DNA of 63,806 nucleotides, counting the filler, from Lama guanicoe (taxonomy: Eukaryota), in the NCBI GenBank assembly GCA_013239625.1. It is 77 parts of 75 records of this genome, joined end to end, with 100 filler letters (N's around TTAATTAATTAA, not from the genome) between each part and the next. Parts side by side here need not be neighbours in the genome. Positions count along the whole stretch, not along the records: positions 61,700 to 63,083 come from MU054929.1; positions 63,184 to 63,806 come from PNXV01010865.1; 75 more parts are not named here. The stretch is one strand, 5' to 3'. A program made the translations under genes and the position numbers. Shown one piece after another: positions 61,700-63,806 of this stretch (the stretch's first letter is position 1; every line of letters begins with the position of its first letter). The notes under the pieces are model-generated. The model saw only the letters and a list, made by a program, of their open reading frames with translations, ran no database searches and had not been told where the DNA came from.

Positions 61700-63083
61700 C
61701 TGTGTACTGTGAACTGTTAGAAAGTTAAAGAAGTGTGAAACCATCAACAGAAAAGGGACACACTTCCTTCCATTGGTTCTGTGAATACAGATCTGAACAA
61801 AAGGAAAGAGAGAAGAAGAAAGGCGCATGGGACTCTAGTGGGTAGAATCACATTTGACTTAGTAACCATTCGTCAGATGCAGCCCCTCCCCCAACACTGA
61901 CAAGATGCAGCAGCCATTGGAGATGTCAGTTACCGGTTGGATTCCAGGTGGAATGTTGGTGTGTACCGCGAGGCTTGTTGTGGCTGTTGGATCCTAGGTA
62001 ACCGGGCAGATATCTGTGGGTGGATCAGTGTGATGGAGGGGCTGCCGCCCTCTGTGGAGCTTGGCTTAGGTGTTTGATCAGGGAAGCTGTGTATGTTCGA
62101 GATACTGCTGCTGCCCAAAGACCTGAGTTCACAGGTCAGTTTCCAGAACCTGAAAGGGCAGACAGTGGAAGATCTGCCTGTCATCAGCTTACTGGTCAGG
62201 CTCCGAGGTACTGTCAGACTTCCCCGGTCTTATTGAAGTCGACTTTAGGGGAGACACGAAGAGAAGCTGGNNNNNNNNNNNNNNNNNNNNNNNNNNNNNN
62301 NNNNNNNNNNNNNNNNNNNNNNNNNNNNNNNNNNNNNNNNNNNNNNNNNNNNNNNNNNNNNNNNNNNNNNNNNNNNNNNNNNNNNNNNNNNNNNNNNNNN
62401 NNNNNNNNNNNNNNNNNNNNNNNNNNNNNNNNNNNNNNNNNNNNNNNNNNNNNNNNNNNNNNNNNNNNNNNNNNNNNNNNNNNNNNNNNNNNNNNNNNNN
62501 NNNNNNNNNNNNNNNNNNNNNNNNNNNNNNNNNNNNNNNNNNNNNNNNNNNNNNNNNNNNNNNNNNNNNNNNNNNNNNNNNNNNNNNNNNNNNNNNNNNN
62601 NNNNNNNNNNNNNNNNNNNNNNNNNNNNNNNNNNNNNNNNNNNNNNNNNNNNNNNNNNNNNNNNNNNNNNNNNNNNNNNNNNNNNNNNNNNNNNNNNNNN
62701 NNNNNNNNNNNNNNNNNNNNNNNNNNNNNNNNNNNNNNNNNNNNNNNNNNNNNNNNNNNNNNNNNNNNTTCCTAGAATCAGAGTTCCTCCAGCTTCACAC
62801 TCTGTGAACAACAGTGAACTCCTTAAAGTTCAAAAAGTCTCGGCTGAAATAGATAGGAATTGAATACTTAGCTCACACATAGAAACGATGGCCTTCCGCT
62901 AGATTCAGCAAATGTTGTGTATGTCTTCACTGGGGTGAAGGGAATGTGGTAAGTGAGGGGAATCTTTGACTGAACTTGAATCTGTATTAGGCCTCAGTTT
63001 TTCAAGAATGTATAGGTAAATAGTACAAGCCAGAATGTGAACTGTACTGTTTAAGCCGCCAATGAAATTAAACACACAGCTTA
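61700..63083 (+). repeat. L1-derived repeat unit, downstream segment
   Basis: Overlaps 43246-43425 (reversed) and 45342-45718. Confidence 0.82.
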
Positions 63084-63183
63084 NNNNNNNNNNNNNNNNN
63101 NNNNNNNNNNNNNNNNNNNNNNNNNNNTTAATTAATTAANNNNNNNNNNNNNNNNNNNNNNNNNNNNNNNNNNNNNNNNNNNN

Positions 63184-63700
63184 CGCGGGGCGGGCTCCTT
63201 CGCCTCGGCTCTCACGCCGCCCGCCTCTGGCCTCACCGGAGCCCTCTCTGCCTTCCCTCTTTCTCCGACCACTTCCCCGACACGTGTCAGGAAGCGCTCC
63301 CGCTCCGCGCGGCAGGAACCGGGCCCTTGTTCGCTCACAACGATGACAGCAGCGCGCTGGGTGCCGCCGCCGCCGCCGCCGCCGCCGCTTCGTGGAGCCG
63401 TTCGCGGGGCCTGCCTTTTCGAACAGTACCCACGCCCTCGATGGCTCCAACACCCCTTTTCTCGTAACTCCGCTTGCATGGGGCCCCAGGAGCCACTCCA
63501 CGTTCGCTGAAAGGCCTGGAGAACACACAGCGCAGCACCGCTCCTCCTCGGCGCAGGTCCTCTCTGGAAGCCACTGGAACAAGGCGGGGCCCGCCCCCGG
63601 GAAGAGGGCGTGCCCACGGCGCCCGCTCCAAGGACCCCGGGTCAGGCTGCCCTCCGCGCCGCCTGAAGAAACGCAGCCCCACGGCGCTGAAGGCGTTCCT
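63184..63700. promoter_or_regulatory. CpG island / probable promoter and first exon of an unidentified gene
   Basis: Dense CpG, GC boxes, (GCC)8 at 63363-63386, minus-strand GGAAGT and candidate donor ccg|gtgagg at 63236. Confidence 0.65.
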
Positions 63701-63806
63701 GTAGAAAAAAAGTTTGAATCCAGTGATTTTTAAACCCTCGTAGCTCTGAAGTGATACTCCATGAGAAACAGATTTTATATTTTGGGGTTGTTGTTAACGG
63801 AGGTCC

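Noticed and set aside
566..63183. CRISPR-like array (identical repeat separating unique spacers)
   Set aside because: The repeat is a 12-bp stop linker embedded in Ns, the spacers are 0.2-2 kb of mammalian DNA, and there are no cas genes.

Overview
This window is not a contiguous locus. It is a concatenation of about 77 short mammalian scaffolds joined by an artificial 100-bp linker (N44-TTAATTAATTAA-N44, stop codons in all six frames). The tRNA-derived SINE, the LINE-1 3' UTRs and a 267-bp satellite point to a camelid genome (inference). The content is mostly repeats: a homogeneous 267-bp GC-rich satellite, a diverged 256-268 bp sister family with recurring monomer types, an AT-rich heptamer satellite with 63/126/189-bp periods, a ~240-248 bp satellite, a 16-bp minisatellite, and many L1, L2, MIR, MaLR, ERV-LTR and MER2 fragments. 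No intact protein-coding gene, RNA gene, CRISPR array or prokaryotic system is supportable, and almost all listed ORFs are artefacts of N gaps or satellites. The most notable items are: (1) a multi-kb, high-copy repeat built on a dead L1 ORF1, which can be tiled from 7 separate scaffolds (candidate L1-derived macrosatellite); (2) an unprocessed TRAPPC9 first-coding-exon pseudogene that keeps its splice donor; (3) a GC-rich open fragment tentatively resembling the DUX4/DUXC post-homeodomain region, containing a perfect CTCF motif; (4) an L1 with twin-priming inversion geometry. Family names were assigned from memory of consensus sequences, without database searches.
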